Shown: positions 35,170 to 44,001, numbered from the stretch's first letter. The stretch: 51,592 bases of DNA from Candidatus Woesearchaeota archaeon (GCA_964617925.1 CAZTYO010000002.1:1-51592), one strand, 5' to 3'. Numbers and translations: made by a program. The notes: generated by a model not told the origin, from the sequence alone.

Positions 35170-35512
35170 ATAAAAAAATGTTAAAAATAACTATTTTCTA
35201 TAAATTTTTAATTTATCTTGCTTTCTGAACAAAAATAAATACTCATTACGCTCTTTTTCTCTTTTGAGATAAAAGTATATGGTCCAAATTTTTTATAATC
35301 ATTAATTGGCCTTATTTTTGGTAATCTAAAAAATTATTTAATTTTTTTATCTCATTTGTGATTTATTTTGAAAAAGTATAGCGCAATTATAAAAAAATCG
35401 ATAAAAATAAAAAAAATTCTAAAATATTGTTAATAATTATTCCATTAAGGAGATTAATTAAATCCTACATTTAAGCAGTATTTCCTCTCTGGTCTCCTAG
35501 TAAAATAATTCA

Positions 35513-35653
35513 TTAAATTCCAGGAATTGGAATAGCTAAACTAAGCAAAGAAAATATCACAAAGACTACTAATTGCCATAAAATCATTACTAAAACTACA
35601 TTCCAAAAATTCTTTTTTATCCATTTCCAATCTATTAATTTTGCTTTTACCAT
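35513..35653 (-). CDS. tiny membrane protein (46 aa)
   Basis: MVKAKLIDWKWIKKNFWNVVLVMILWQLVVFVIFSLLSLAIPIPGI. Its ATG overlaps the stop of the upstream 68-aa gene (aaATGGTAAaa). It is below the size cut-off of the ORF track. Confidence 0.35.
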   Translation of the reverse strand: MVKAKLIDWKWIKKNFWNVVLVMILWQLVVFVIFSLLSLAIPIPGI

Positions 35654-35853
35654 TTTTTATATTGATAATAGTGTCCAACCAATAAGGGAATTAACCCAAC
35701 CAACAACCATTGTAATTTATGGAACCAAAGCGAATATATTATTATAATTATTCCAATTAAATACAAGATCAAATTTATTGGAGCTGAATGGCAAAAATTA
35801 CATTGACACACTTTTTCTTTTTGTTTAGAACTTTTCCTCTTTTTTGTTGACAT
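35647..35853 (-). CDS. small membrane protein with N-terminal basic/Cys motif
   Basis: 68 aa with KKRKSSKQKEKVCQCNFCH followed by two TM helices. Confidence 0.45.
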   Translation of the reverse strand: MSTKKRKSSKQKEKVCQCNFCHSAPINLILYLIGIIIIIYSLWFHKLQWLLVGLIPLLVGHYYQYKKW

Positions 35854-36060
35854 GTTTACCTCCCTTAAATTTATTTGAATAAATTGAAAAAATGAATATA
35901 TAAAGATTCCTATATATCTTTTTGATATAAATAAAAAGAATAATTTAATTAAGAAAAAATCAAATTACAGTTTTTTGAATGAATATGAACAGTCAATTGA
36001 ACATTCAAATATTAAATGATTAATCAAAAGGTTTAATAAGGAGTTGATTTAATATATGTC

Positions 36061-36606
36061 ATGGTTTGGAAAATATTTAGAAAGGATTCTTTTATTGAAG
36101 AAAGAATCTCAGAAGTACATACCATCCTTGAAAGTTCATTTTCTAAAGTAAAGGAAGATATAGACCAGGTTGGAGAATGGATTAGACATTTTGATAATTA
36201 TAAAGATGAACAACATAAAAAATTTATAAATTTTGAAGAAAGGCTAAGATCGATTGAACAATATATTATTAACTCTAACGAGAATAAAAACCAAACCGGC
36301 CATTCAGAAAATGAACATGTTCAATCGTTCAATCGTTCAATTCAACCAATCATGAACGTTCAAAAGATAGATGATCTCACTCCTGCACAAAAACAAGTAG
36401 TAGGAATACTAATTTATTCGGGTGGACCACTTAGTTATGAAGACATTTCGAATAAATTAAAAATAAATGTAGTAACTGTTAGAAGGCATATAAATGACAT
36501 AAAAAGAGCAGGATTTAAAATTAAAGAAAAGGTGAGCGTAAAAAATAGAAGAAAAATGTTTATGCTAGATGAAGATATAAAACAGACAATTTTGAACGAA
36601 AAATAA
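36061..36606 (+). CDS. coiled-coil plus C-terminal winged-helix DNA-binding protein (paralog 1)
   Basis: It shares SFSKVKEDID and a VQSxNxS linker with the 202-aa ORF. The C-terminus LTPAQKQVVGILIYSGGPLSYEDISNKLKINVVTVRRHINDIKRAG is wHTH-like. Confidence 0.55.
   Translation: MVWKIFRKDSFIEERISEVHTILESSFSKVKEDIDQVGEWIRHFDNYKDEQHKKFINFEERLRSIEQYIINSNENKNQTGHSENEHVQSFNRSIQPIMNVQKIDDLTPAQKQVVGILIYSGGPLSYEDISNKLKINVVTVRRHINDIKRAGFKIKEKVSVKNRRKMFMLDEDIKQTILNEK
36312..36362. repeat. palindrome/tandem array inside paralog 1: tgaacatgttca, then gttcaatc x2, gttcaatt, then tgaacgttca
   Basis: Read directly. There is a 12-bp perfect palindrome at 36312-36323, 8-bp tandem units at 36319-36342 and a 10-bp perfect palindrome at 36353-36362. 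Confidence 0.6.
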
Positions 36607-36705
36607 AAATTATTTCTAAAATATGAATAGTGAGATCAAAAAAATAAACAAATCATTGTATTTTATATAATTTGAAGAAAATAATGGAAAGTGAGACTAA
36701 AATAA

Positions 36706-37314
36706 TCAAGAAAGTAACTTTTTTTGATTTGGATCATTAAAATAATACATAGAAGTGAGCATTTCTTTTAATTTTAGTTCCCTAAATTCTGTTTTTATGT
36801 GTAAAGTGATAGTCCTATTATTTATTTTTCTTTTTTCTAAAGGCAATCCTTTTTTTATTATTCCACTAACATATCCCCTAATACACCCTGCAGAAAGACT
36901 TAATTTCGACGACAAAAGATCATAAGTTACTCCAGATTGTAAGTCTTCTTCTAACTGAAAGATAGTTAAAAACACTAAAAATTCTTGATTTGATAGTTTT
37001 TTAAAACGATTTTCGATTTCTTTCTGTAATGATTGAATATTCAGTGAATGATTGCTTAATGATTGATTGTCTGTTGATTGATTGATTGATTGAACCCCTT
37101 CATTTCCAGTGGAAATTACATTTTTTTTAAATATTTTGGCCTCAAAACCTTCATTATTTATAAGTTTAGGAATATTTTGATCAGTTTTAGGCAATATTTT
37201 ATTATTTTGTGTTAATTTTTCTAAAATAGTACTTATTCTATCTATTTTCTCAGTTAAATTATCAATATCTTCCTTTACTTTAGAAAATGAGTTTTTTATA
37301 GTAGTTTCTTTCAT
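36706..37314 (-). CDS. coiled-coil plus C-terminal winged-helix DNA-binding protein (paralog 2)
   Basis: N-terminus NSFSKVKEDIDNLTEKIDRI, a Q/S/N-rich linker and a C-terminal wHTH-like LSNQEFLVFLTIFQLEE...VTYDLLSSKLSLSAGCIRGYVSGIIKKG. It is convergent with paralog 1. Confidence 0.55.
   Translation of the reverse strand: MKETTIKNSFSKVKEDIDNLTEKIDRISTILEKLTQNNKILPKTDQNIPKLINNEGFEAKIFKKNVISTGNEGVQSINQSTDNQSLSNHSLNIQSLQKEIENRFKKLSNQEFLVFLTIFQLEEDLQSGVTYDLLSSKLSLSAGCIRGYVSGIIKKGLPLEKRKINNRTITLHIKTEFRELKLKEMLTSMYYFNDPNQKKLLS
37028..37095. repeat. short-repeat array inside paralog 2: aatgattg x3, then (ttga)n ending in gaac
   Basis: aatgattg occurs at 37028, 37047 and 37058, and ttgattgattgattgattgaac at 37074-37095. 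The reverse complement contains gttcaatc, the same word that is repeated in paralog 1. Confidence 0.55.
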
Positions 37315-37358
37315 GTAAAAGTGAGAATCACCATGATTTTATAATTGTTTGTGTGCTT

Positions 37359-37401
37359 AATGAGTGATTGAATAAGCAGATTATGAGAATAATGAGTGAT
37401 T
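37359..37401. promoter_or_regulatory. 11-bp direct repeat aatgagtgatt x2 (32-bp period) upstream of paralog 2
   Basis: The copies lie at 37359-37369 and 37391-37401, in the spacer between the 91-aa wHTH gene and paralog 2. They differ by one base from aatgattgatt at 37058. Confidence 0.35.
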
Positions 37402-37421
37402 AAAATAAAAAAAATAAAGAA

Positions 37422-37697
37422 TTAGTAACCCGATAGTTGTTTATATTGACTATATACTTTGGATTTTAATGTCCATTTTCTTCTCGATAAATACTCTTTA
37501 CCGTCGACATTTTTACTTATTTGCCTTAGAAAACCTTCTTTTGTTAATTCATTTAATAGATCCAAAACAAATTCTTCATCCCTTATTATTTCTTCAGCAA
37601 TATTCGCAGTAAATAAAGGTTTTAAATTATTATCGAACAATATTTGAAGAATTTGTTCTTTTATTTTTTGTCTATTTTTATTGTTTATCCGCGGCAT
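37422..37697 (-). CDS. small winged-helix DNA-binding protein
   Basis: 91 aa; IKEQILQILFDNNLKPLFTANIAEEI...LLNELTKEGFLRQ fits a wHTH pattern. Confidence 0.5.
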   Translation of the reverse strand: MPRINNKNRQKIKEQILQILFDNNLKPLFTANIAEEIIRDEEFVLDLLNELTKEGFLRQISKNVDGKEYLSRRKWTLKSKVYSQYKQLSGY

Positions 37698-37745
37698 TTA
37701 TTACTCCATCTACTTATCCGGTTAACCGATTTAATATAAATTTAA

Positions 37746-37940
37746 CTATTTGCTAATCAAACTGAATAAAACTTTACCTATTCCTGCAATGAAAAATAAG
37801 ATTGCAAAAACTTGTTCTAAAGATAATGTTTCATACCACAGCAAATAAGCAAATAGTAAAGAAATTAATCCCCCCACAAATATTAGGAATTTAGCATACC
37901 CTACATTAACTTTCTTTTTTGGCATTATTGACACCTCCAA
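37746..37940 (-). CDS. small membrane protein (2 TM)
   Basis: 64-aa hydrophobic ORF; the start may be the ATG at 37925 (MPKKKV). Confidence 0.4.
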   Translation of the reverse strand: MEVSIMPKKKVNVGYAKFLIFVGGLISLLFAYLLWYETLSLEQVFAILFFIAGIGKVLFSLISK

Positions 37941-37960
37941 TTTTAAATTATTTCTATTAT

Positions 37961-38170
37961 TTAAAAATCTTTATATTTTTCTTTTTTATTCTGAAAAAAG
38001 ATTAAATAGCTTATTTCAAGAATGGAAATTGAACTAACTAATAATAAAATAATGAACCATACTGTCTGCTTATTCCTTGCAGAGATCCATAAAGAAATGC
38101 TTTTCCATGCCAAAACCCATGCAAATAATAAAATTAATAAAAATGTTTCCGATATCAATATTTCAAACAT
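37961..38170 (-). CDS. small membrane protein (2 TM)
   Basis: 69-aa hydrophobic ORF. Confidence 0.4.
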   Translation of the reverse strand: MFEILISETFLLILLFAWVLAWKSISLWISARNKQTVWFIILLLVSSISILEISYLIFFQNKKEKYKDF

Positions 38171-38458
38171 AGAGGATATCTTTAATTAAAATATATAAAT
38201 TTATTGATTAGTTATAACTTATTTTGACAATCTTTGTTGTTAACTTAAATGTAGTATCGGACTATAAAATATAGGTACTAAAATCCATAAATAAAAAGAA
38301 GTTATAAATCTAAATAATATATATAAATAGATTAATTAAATAATTTGTATGAATAAGGAACTTAAAATTCTCAGCATTATGGAAAAGGAAAAATGTGACT
38401 GGGAAGAAGCTGAAAAGAAAGAAAAAGAAAGAAAAAATCTTGGAGATTTTCTTTAAAA

Positions 38459-38881
38459 TTATTTACTAGTTTCTGGCTTTATTAATGGAAGCCTCATATG
38501 AGGAGGAAGGTTCACTTCTTGACTCATTGCTAAAGCTTTTATATTACACCTTGCTAGTATTGTATTCAATAACATTGGAGATAAATCCTTTGGTAATTTT
38601 TTATCTTTATTCCAAGAATTTATTAGGTCATCTATTTTTTTTGGATTTTCCATAAAAAGTAAATGTCCCTGTAATGAGATATTTCCAACGCCTGGTTCAT
38701 AATTTACTGAAAAATCAAAATCTAATTTTACAACTTTATTTGATTCTCCAACTCCTAATTCTTCAGGTGTTAGGTCTTTTATTAAAAGGTTGTTTTTTAC
38801 TTTCATACCTTTTTTTATCTTGTCTAATCTTTCTACTATTATCCTATCGAAATTAAATCCTATAATTGGCATATCATTCAC
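38459..38881 (-). CDS. hypothetical protein, possibly SecB-like fold
   Basis: 140 aa. The pattern IIGFNFDRIIVER...KLDFDFSVNYEP...ISLQGHLLF...LLNTILARCNIKALAMSQEVNLPPHMRLPLI loosely recalls SecB-type chaperones. This is recognition only. Confidence 0.3.
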   Translation of the reverse strand: MNDMPIIGFNFDRIIVERLDKIKKGMKVKNNLLIKDLTPEELGVGESNKVVKLDFDFSVNYEPGVGNISLQGHLLFMENPKKIDDLINSWNKDKKLPKDLSPMLLNTILARCNIKALAMSQEVNLPPHMRLPLIKPETSK

Positions 38882-38917
38882 CTATAAAAGAGATTCAAAG
38901 TTATTTTATAAAAGTTT

Positions 38918-40609
38918 CTACATCTCTTTAGGGGCACTTATTCCAAGTAAATTCAATCCATTTTCTAATACTTGCCTTGCTGACTCAACCAAGATTAGTC
39001 TTTGTTCTATTATTTTTTTATCTTTTACTATGACTTGATGTTTGTGATAAAATTCATTAAATTCTTGAGACATCAAAATTAAATAATTTGCAATATAATT
39101 TGGTTTTTGTTCATCTATTGATTTCTTTACTATTTCTTTAAATTGTTTTAATGTTTTTATTAATTTGATTTCTTCTTCATTTCCAAATTCGAATGATATC
39201 TCCCTTATATTGATTCTTTTTTTTGCTTTTCTTAATATGCTGTTCGCTCTTGCATGAGTATATTGTAAATATGGTGCAGATCCTCCTTCAAAACTTAGTG
39301 CCGAATTCCAATCAAATATTACATTCTTCTCATTCGAAACTTTGAGCATTGAAAATTTTATTGCCCCATATGCTATATCTTTTGATAACTGTTCTATTTT
39401 TTTCTTTGAGTACTTATCTCCCCTTTTTTCTTTTATTGCGCTCATTGCCTTTTCTTTTGCTTCTTTCATTAAATCAGATAATAGTACTACTGTTCCTTTT
39501 CTTGTTGCCATCTTTCCAATATCCTCATTATCTTTTAACAATACAAAAGAATAATAAATTGGCCTTAGAAGAGGTTTGTTTAATAATGAAAGAGTAGTAT
39601 TCATTTGATTAAGATATAATTTATGATCTTCTCCTAATACTATGAAATTATTTTCTTTTGTTTCTTTTAATTTATCTATAGAATATGCTATATCTCTTAG
39701 TGAATATAGTGAAGTTCCATTTCCCCTAGTCAAAACATATACTGGTACTTTCATAGGTAGGTTGTATCCTTTTAGATCTAAAACTTGTCTTTTGTATTCA
39801 TCTGTAAATAATTTTTTCGTTTTCTTTAATTTATGTAGTATATCTTTTGTTTTATTATTCCAGAGATATTTAGACTCGTAATCAAATGAATCATAATTTA
39901 TTCCTAGTTCTGAAAAAAGTTTGGATTGCCCTTTTATACATACATCTACGATTTGTTTAAATTCTTTCTTTATTTTTTTGTCTCCCCTTTCTAATTTTTC
40001 TAAATTAGCAAAAATTTCTTTTTCTAATTCAGGATTATCTTTTAATTTATTATTAAACCCCACATATAAATCTAATAAATTTTCAAATGTTATTTTTTTC
40101 CCTCTTGAAGCAATAGATAACATGGAAATTTGTTTTCCTACATCATTCACATAATAATGGGCATTTGTTTTATATCCTTCAAACCTTAATATCCTAGTTA
40201 TGCTATCTCCAATTATAGCATTTCTCGCCCTTCCAACATGAGGAGATGCATTTGGATTTATACTAGTATGTTCAATTAATGCCTTTTTTCCTTTTCCAGA
40301 ATTAGAGCTACCATAATTTTTCTTTTGTTTATGTATTTCTTTTAATACTTTCTCAGACAATATAGAATTGTTTACATAAAAATTAAGGTATGGGCCCATT
40401 GCTTTGATTTGTTTTATGTTTTTTGTAACTTTTAATTTATTTTGAAACTCTATAGCTATCTCATTTGGGGTTTTTTTTAGTTTCTTTGACAAAGAAAAAC
40501 AAGGAAAGGAATAATCGCCCATTTTTGGATTTGGGGGAACACTCAATTGTACATCTTTTATATTAAATTCTTTTAATAATAATTTTTTAATTTCTTTTTC
40601 TGGGTTCAT
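38918..40609 (-). CDS. argS: arginyl-tRNA synthetase
   Basis: HTSINPNASPHVGRARN (HIGH region), a DHKLYLNQ-type core and the class-I ArgRS C-terminal anticodon-binding DALR-like domain ending in LGISAPKEM. Confidence 0.9.
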   Translation of the reverse strand: MNPEKEIKKLLLKEFNIKDVQLSVPPNPKMGDYSFPCFSLSKKLKKTPNEIAIEFQNKLKVTKNIKQIKAMGPYLNFYVNNSILSEKVLKEIHKQKKNYGSSNSGKGKKALIEHTSINPNASPHVGRARNAIIGDSITRILRFEGYKTNAHYYVNDVGKQISMLSIASRGKKITFENLLDLYVGFNNKLKDNPELEKEIFANLEKLERGDKKIKKEFKQIVDVCIKGQSKLFSELGINYDSFDYESKYLWNNKTKDILHKLKKTKKLFTDEYKRQVLDLKGYNLPMKVPVYVLTRGNGTSLYSLRDIAYSIDKLKETKENNFIVLGEDHKLYLNQMNTTLSLLNKPLLRPIYYSFVLLKDNEDIGKMATRKGTVVLLSDLMKEAKEKAMSAIKEKRGDKYSKKKIEQLSKDIAYGAIKFSMLKVSNEKNVIFDWNSALSFEGGSAPYLQYTHARANSILRKAKKRINIREISFEFGNEEEIKLIKTLKQFKEIVKKSIDEQKPNYIANYLILMSQEFNEFYHKHQVIVKDKKIIEQRLILVESARQVLENGLNLLGISAPKEM

Positions 40610-41100
40610 TTTAACGTTTTTTGCATTCTTATTGCAACTGGTTTAAATCCGAATTTTTTTAAATTATTTTTTGATTTGTTATTTTTTATAAATAATCCAA
40701 CAGTTATAGATTTTGCTTTTTGTTTTCTACACCAACTAATTCTTTTCTTTGTTAATTTTTTTCCTATTCCTAACCTTCTAAATTTTTTGCTAACATATAA
40801 AAAGTTTAATGTTGCTTGTTTATCTTTTACTTCTGCACTTGCAAATGCTATAACCTCTTTTTCAATTTCTGCAACTATCCATAAATTATTTAAGGATTTT
40901 ATTTCTTTTTTCCAACCAGACATTCTATCTTCTTCAGATTTATTTAATTTTCTTATTAAACTTAATTTAGTTGCCTTTGGAAATTTTAATTTTAATTCGT
41001 CAATTGTGCCTTCAATGTAAATCTCATTAATTTTAAAAAGATCTTTTATGATTGCATTTCTTATTTTAACTTTTTCAATATTTTTGTTTTTCCTTTCCAA
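40606..41100 (-). CDS. GNAT family N-acetyltransferase
   Basis: [16 protein letters not shown] matches the acetyl-CoA binding R/Q-x-x-G-x-G/A motif. Its start overlaps the argS stop by 4 nt, and its 5' end overlaps the lon 3' end by 40 nt. Confidence 0.75.
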   Translation of the reverse strand: MERKNKNIEKVKIRNAIIKDLFKINEIYIEGTIDELKLKFPKATKLSLIRKLNKSEEDRMSGWKKEIKSLNNLWIVAEIEKEVIAFASAEVKDKQATLNFLYVSKKFRRLGIGKKLTKKRISWCRKQKAKSITVGLFIKNNKSKNNLKKFGFKPVAIRMQKTLK

Positions 41101-42911
41101 TCTAAAGCCTCTTTTAATACTTCTTTTATATTTTCAACAGGAATTATCTTTACATCTTTTAATTTTGTTTTTTTCATTAATATATCTTTCTCATTTGCCT
41201 TTGGAATAATTATTCTTTTAATCCCTGCATTTATTGCTGCTTCTACCTTAGAATTTACTCCCCCTATTGCCAAAACATCTCCTCTTACTGATAAAGAACC
41301 CGTCATTGCTGTATCTTGTCTTATTGGAATGTCTTTCAATGCAGAAATAATTGCTGTTGCAACTGCAATTGATGCAGAATCTCCTTCAACTCCTTCATGA
41401 GTTTGTAAAAACTGAACATAAACATCATATTTTTCTTTTATGTCTTCTCCAAATTGTTTCATTATTATTGCAGAAACATTTTTTATTGCTTCTTTTGCTA
41501 TTTCTCCAAGATTTCCAGTGGCTATGAATTCTGCCTTTTTTCCTCCAGGAGTTACTTCCGATTCAATTGGTAAAACTATTCCAGAAAAAGAATCAGTTGA
41601 ACCCATTACTGCTAACCCATTTACTCTTCCTACTTCTGTTCCTTTAGTCATTATTACTTCATATTCTTTTTTTTCTTTAACATACCTATCAGAAATTTGT
41701 TTTTCCAACGTTCTTGCATATTTTTTTGCCAAGGTTATATGATTTGGTTTTACATAATCTGACTTTTTATCTAGTGCTATGTCTCCTGCTGCCCTAATCA
41801 AACCACCTAATTCTCTTAATCTTATAGATAATCTATTTGCCTTCCCTGACATTATTTTTGATTCTTCTATTATTTTATTTACTGCTTCTTTAGTAAAATG
41901 AGGTATTTTTTTATCTTTATGAACTTCTTGTGCAACAAAATATGCTAATCTTTTTCTATTCTCTTCTGAATCTCTCATGTCTTGATTCATATATGTTTCA
42001 TAACCATATCCTCTAATCCTTGATCTTAATGCTGGGTGCATGTGTCCCATTGTTTCAATATTTCCTGCTGCTACTAATATAAAATCGCATGGAACTGGTT
42101 CTGTCCTTACCATTGCCCCTGCTGACCTTTCTGATTGGCCAGTTATAGGATATTTTTTTTCTTGTAATGCTGTTAATAATTCTTGTTGCATTTCTGGTCT
42201 TAATGTAGATATTTCATCAATAAATAAAACACCTTTGTTTGCGTGATGAATCATTCCAGCAACTACTCTTTCATGAGGAGGAGTTCCTAATCCTCCACTT
42301 TGAAAAGGATCGTGCAATACATCACCTAATAATGCTCCTGCATGGGTTCCAGTTGCATCAATAAATTGTGAATTTTTCGTATTATTAAATCCTACAATTA
42401 ATTTGGGTAATGGATTATCTTTCAGTTTCATTCTTTTTCCCAAATTTATGAAAATTAATGCCCCTACAATAAAAACCACACTACTAATTAGTGAGGCTGC
42501 AGCCATAATATCTCCATATTGTTTTCTTATCCACCATGGCATCAAAGAAGAAATTATAATTATAAGAAATAAAAATAATGAGTGCCATTTAAAATTTCCT
42601 TGGGAAGTAAATTTTAATTTTGTTATAAATTCCTTTCCTTTTCCTTTTGAAAATTGTTTTATTAAAGGATTATGTTCTTCTTCTATGTTCTGCATAGAGA
42701 TTATATCTTCTTTTTCCTCTTCAGGTAATAGATCTGCAAGTGCTTGACCAATCATGCTTTTACCAGTACCAGGTTCTCCAATTAATAGGACATGTCTTTT
42801 TTGTTTTGCTACTTTTTTTATTAATTCAACAGAATTATCTTGACCTATTACTTGATCTACTAATTTTTTTGGAATGTTTAATTCTTTAGTTGTTTTATAT
42901 TCTAATACCAT
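41061..42911 (-). CDS. lon: archaeal membrane-bound Lon protease (LonB)
   Basis: Walker [10 protein letters not shown], two TM helices inserted in the AAA+ module, Walker B LFIDEI, and a protease domain with GDSASIAV (Ser) and [10 protein letters not shown] (Lys). Confidence 0.95.
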   Translation of the reverse strand: MVLEYKTTKELNIPKKLVDQVIGQDNSVELIKKVAKQKRHVLLIGEPGTGKSMIGQALADLLPEEEKEDIISMQNIEEEHNPLIKQFSKGKGKEFITKLKFTSQGNFKWHSLFLFLIIIISSLMPWWIRKQYGDIMAAASLISSVVFIVGALIFINLGKRMKLKDNPLPKLIVGFNNTKNSQFIDATGTHAGALLGDVLHDPFQSGGLGTPPHERVVAGMIHHANKGVLFIDEISTLRPEMQQELLTALQEKKYPITGQSERSAGAMVRTEPVPCDFILVAAGNIETMGHMHPALRSRIRGYGYETYMNQDMRDSEENRKRLAYFVAQEVHKDKKIPHFTKEAVNKIIEESKIMSGKANRLSIRLRELGGLIRAAGDIALDKKSDYVKPNHITLAKKYARTLEKQISDRYVKEKKEYEVIMTKGTEVGRVNGLAVMGSTDSFSGIVLPIESEVTPGGKKAEFIATGNLGEIAKEAIKNVSAIIMKQFGEDIKEKYDVYVQFLQTHEGVEGDSASIAVATAIISALKDIPIRQDTAMTGSLSVRGDVLAIGGVNSKVEAAINAGIKRIIIPKANEKDILMKKTKLKDVKIIPVENIKEVLKEALDWKGKTKILKKLK

Positions 42912-42936
42912 AATAATTAAAAAAAGAAAAAGTTAA

Positions 42937-43200
42937 TTATATTATATCTTCCTCTGCAACAACAACAAAATCACCAATTGCAATTACAGCACTGTAAGGT
43001 ATTAAAAGACTTCCATCTTTATCCCTTTCTAAATCCATCCCTTCAGTAAACCCAGTAGGATTTCTTAAAACAAGTTGTATTAGTTCCCCAGTTCTAGTTT
43101 CAAAAACTATATTTCCAACTTCTCCAAATCTCTTACCTGCTTTACTTACAATAACTTTACCAATAATTTGTTTTGAATATTTTTTATCTTGTTCGGACAT
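42937..43200 (-). CDS. PRC-barrel domain protein
   Basis: 87 aa; GKVIVSKAGKRFGEVGNIVFETRTGELIQLVL...LLIPYSAVIAIGDFVVV is typical of a PRC barrel. Confidence 0.65.
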   Translation of the reverse strand: MSEQDKKYSKQIIGKVIVSKAGKRFGEVGNIVFETRTGELIQLVLRNPTGFTEGMDLERDKDGSLLIPYSAVIAIGDFVVVAEEDII

Positions 43201-43256
43201 AATAATTCCCTCCGGTTTAAAGTATAAGTATACTTACTTATATAAAAGTTTCTACA

Positions 43257-43568
43257 TTACCATTCTTCTGAATCAATCTTAAGTATATTTCTTATTTTTT
43301 TTGTGATCCATGAATTTTTTATTGAAATGTCTTCAAATAATTCTTGATCTTTTATTGTTGCTACAACTGCAGCACTAGTCCTTATTAATTTGTTATTTGT
43401 TTTTATTTCATCTTTTGTTGACATATTATCTAATACGAAAACAAATAAGGAAGAAATAATTAGAGTTATCATTATTAATTTTAATAATGTCTTCGAGAAA
43501 AGGTGTTTTGTTAGTTCAAATGTAAATATTAATACACCAAATGCAATAATAAGATATATGAAATCCAT
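43257..43568 (-). CDS. small membrane protein (2 TM)
   Basis: 103 aa with a hydrophobic N-terminal half. Confidence 0.45.
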   Translation of the reverse strand: MDFIYLIIAFGVLIFTFELTKHLFSKTLLKLIMITLIISSLFVFVLDNMSTKDEIKTNNKLIRTSAAVVATIKDQELFEDISIKNSWITKKIRNILKIDSEEW

Positions 43569-43625
43569 GGTTAATATTTATTTAATATCTATATAAATTT
43601 ATTGAATTAATTATTTTGACCCTCA

Positions 43626-43647
43626 GACCTTTATTGCAAATGGAATT
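43626..43647 (-). repeat. ORB-like element (inverted copy)
   Basis: The reverse complement aattccatttgcaataaaggtc shares attccat and aataaaggtc with the copy at 43981. Confidence 0.6.
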
Positions 43648-43762
43648 ATTTGTTTTGAGTTTTTGTAGGTCATTTTTTTATCTGTACTATTTCTATTGGA
43701 TATTTGTTTTATTTAAAAATGAAATTTTGAAATATAACACGAAAGTTATTTTTCTTTTTAAA

Positions 43763-43796
43763 TAAATTTTAAATTTGTATAAATTTTAAATTTGTA
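43763..43796. repeat. perfect 17-bp tandem duplication taaattttaaatttgta x2
   Basis: Read directly at 43763-43779 and 43780-43796, inside the origin spacer. Confidence 0.7.
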
Positions 43797-43924
43797 GAGT
43801 AGAAGATTTGATTTATTAAAATTTTATAGAATTTTTTTTATTTTTTTTATATATATATTTAAGATTTTTTATTATATAATATATATAATATATCTTAGAA
43901 AAAATATTTGTTACTATTCAAAAG

Positions 43925-43945
43925 TTTCTATTGGAAATAAAGGTG
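43925..43945 (+). repeat. ORB-like element
   Basis: tttctattggaaataaaggtg shares the 12-mer ggaaataaaggt with the copy at 43981. Confidence 0.6.
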
Positions 43946-43980
43946 TCTATTTTTTGACTTCTAGATTTTTTAAAAAATAT

Positions 43981-44001
43981 ATTCCATCGGAAATAAAGGT
44001 C
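43981..44001 (+). repeat. ORB-like element (best match to the TTCCAnnGGAAA core)
   Basis: attccatcggaaataaaggtc resembles the archaeal mini-ORB core TCCAnnGGAAA followed by a purine-rich extension. Confidence 0.65.

Larger units (their letters stand above)
34468..38170. mobile_element. putative integrated element or remnant: integrase, tiny TM proteins and three wHTH genes; boundaries not determined
   Basis: An integrase is clustered with small ORFs that have no housekeeping identity, paralogous regulators and long non-coding spacers. I could not find flanking direct repeats by eye. Confidence 0.4.

Noticed and set aside
36623-36740. Two mini-ORFs with similar starts, MNSEIKKINKSLYFI (36623..36670) and MESETKIIKKVTFFDLDH (36684..36740), downstream of wHTH paralog 1.
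   Set aside because: They are very short, and the second overlaps the 3' end of paralog 2 on the other strand. The similarity reduces to a shared agtgaga DNA word. There is no SD or other support.
38349-38456. 35-codon plus-strand ORF (MNKELKILSIMEKEKCDWEEAEKKEKERKNLGDFL) in the spacer after the accessory block.
   Set aside because: It is too short and low-complexity to call without expression or conservation evidence.
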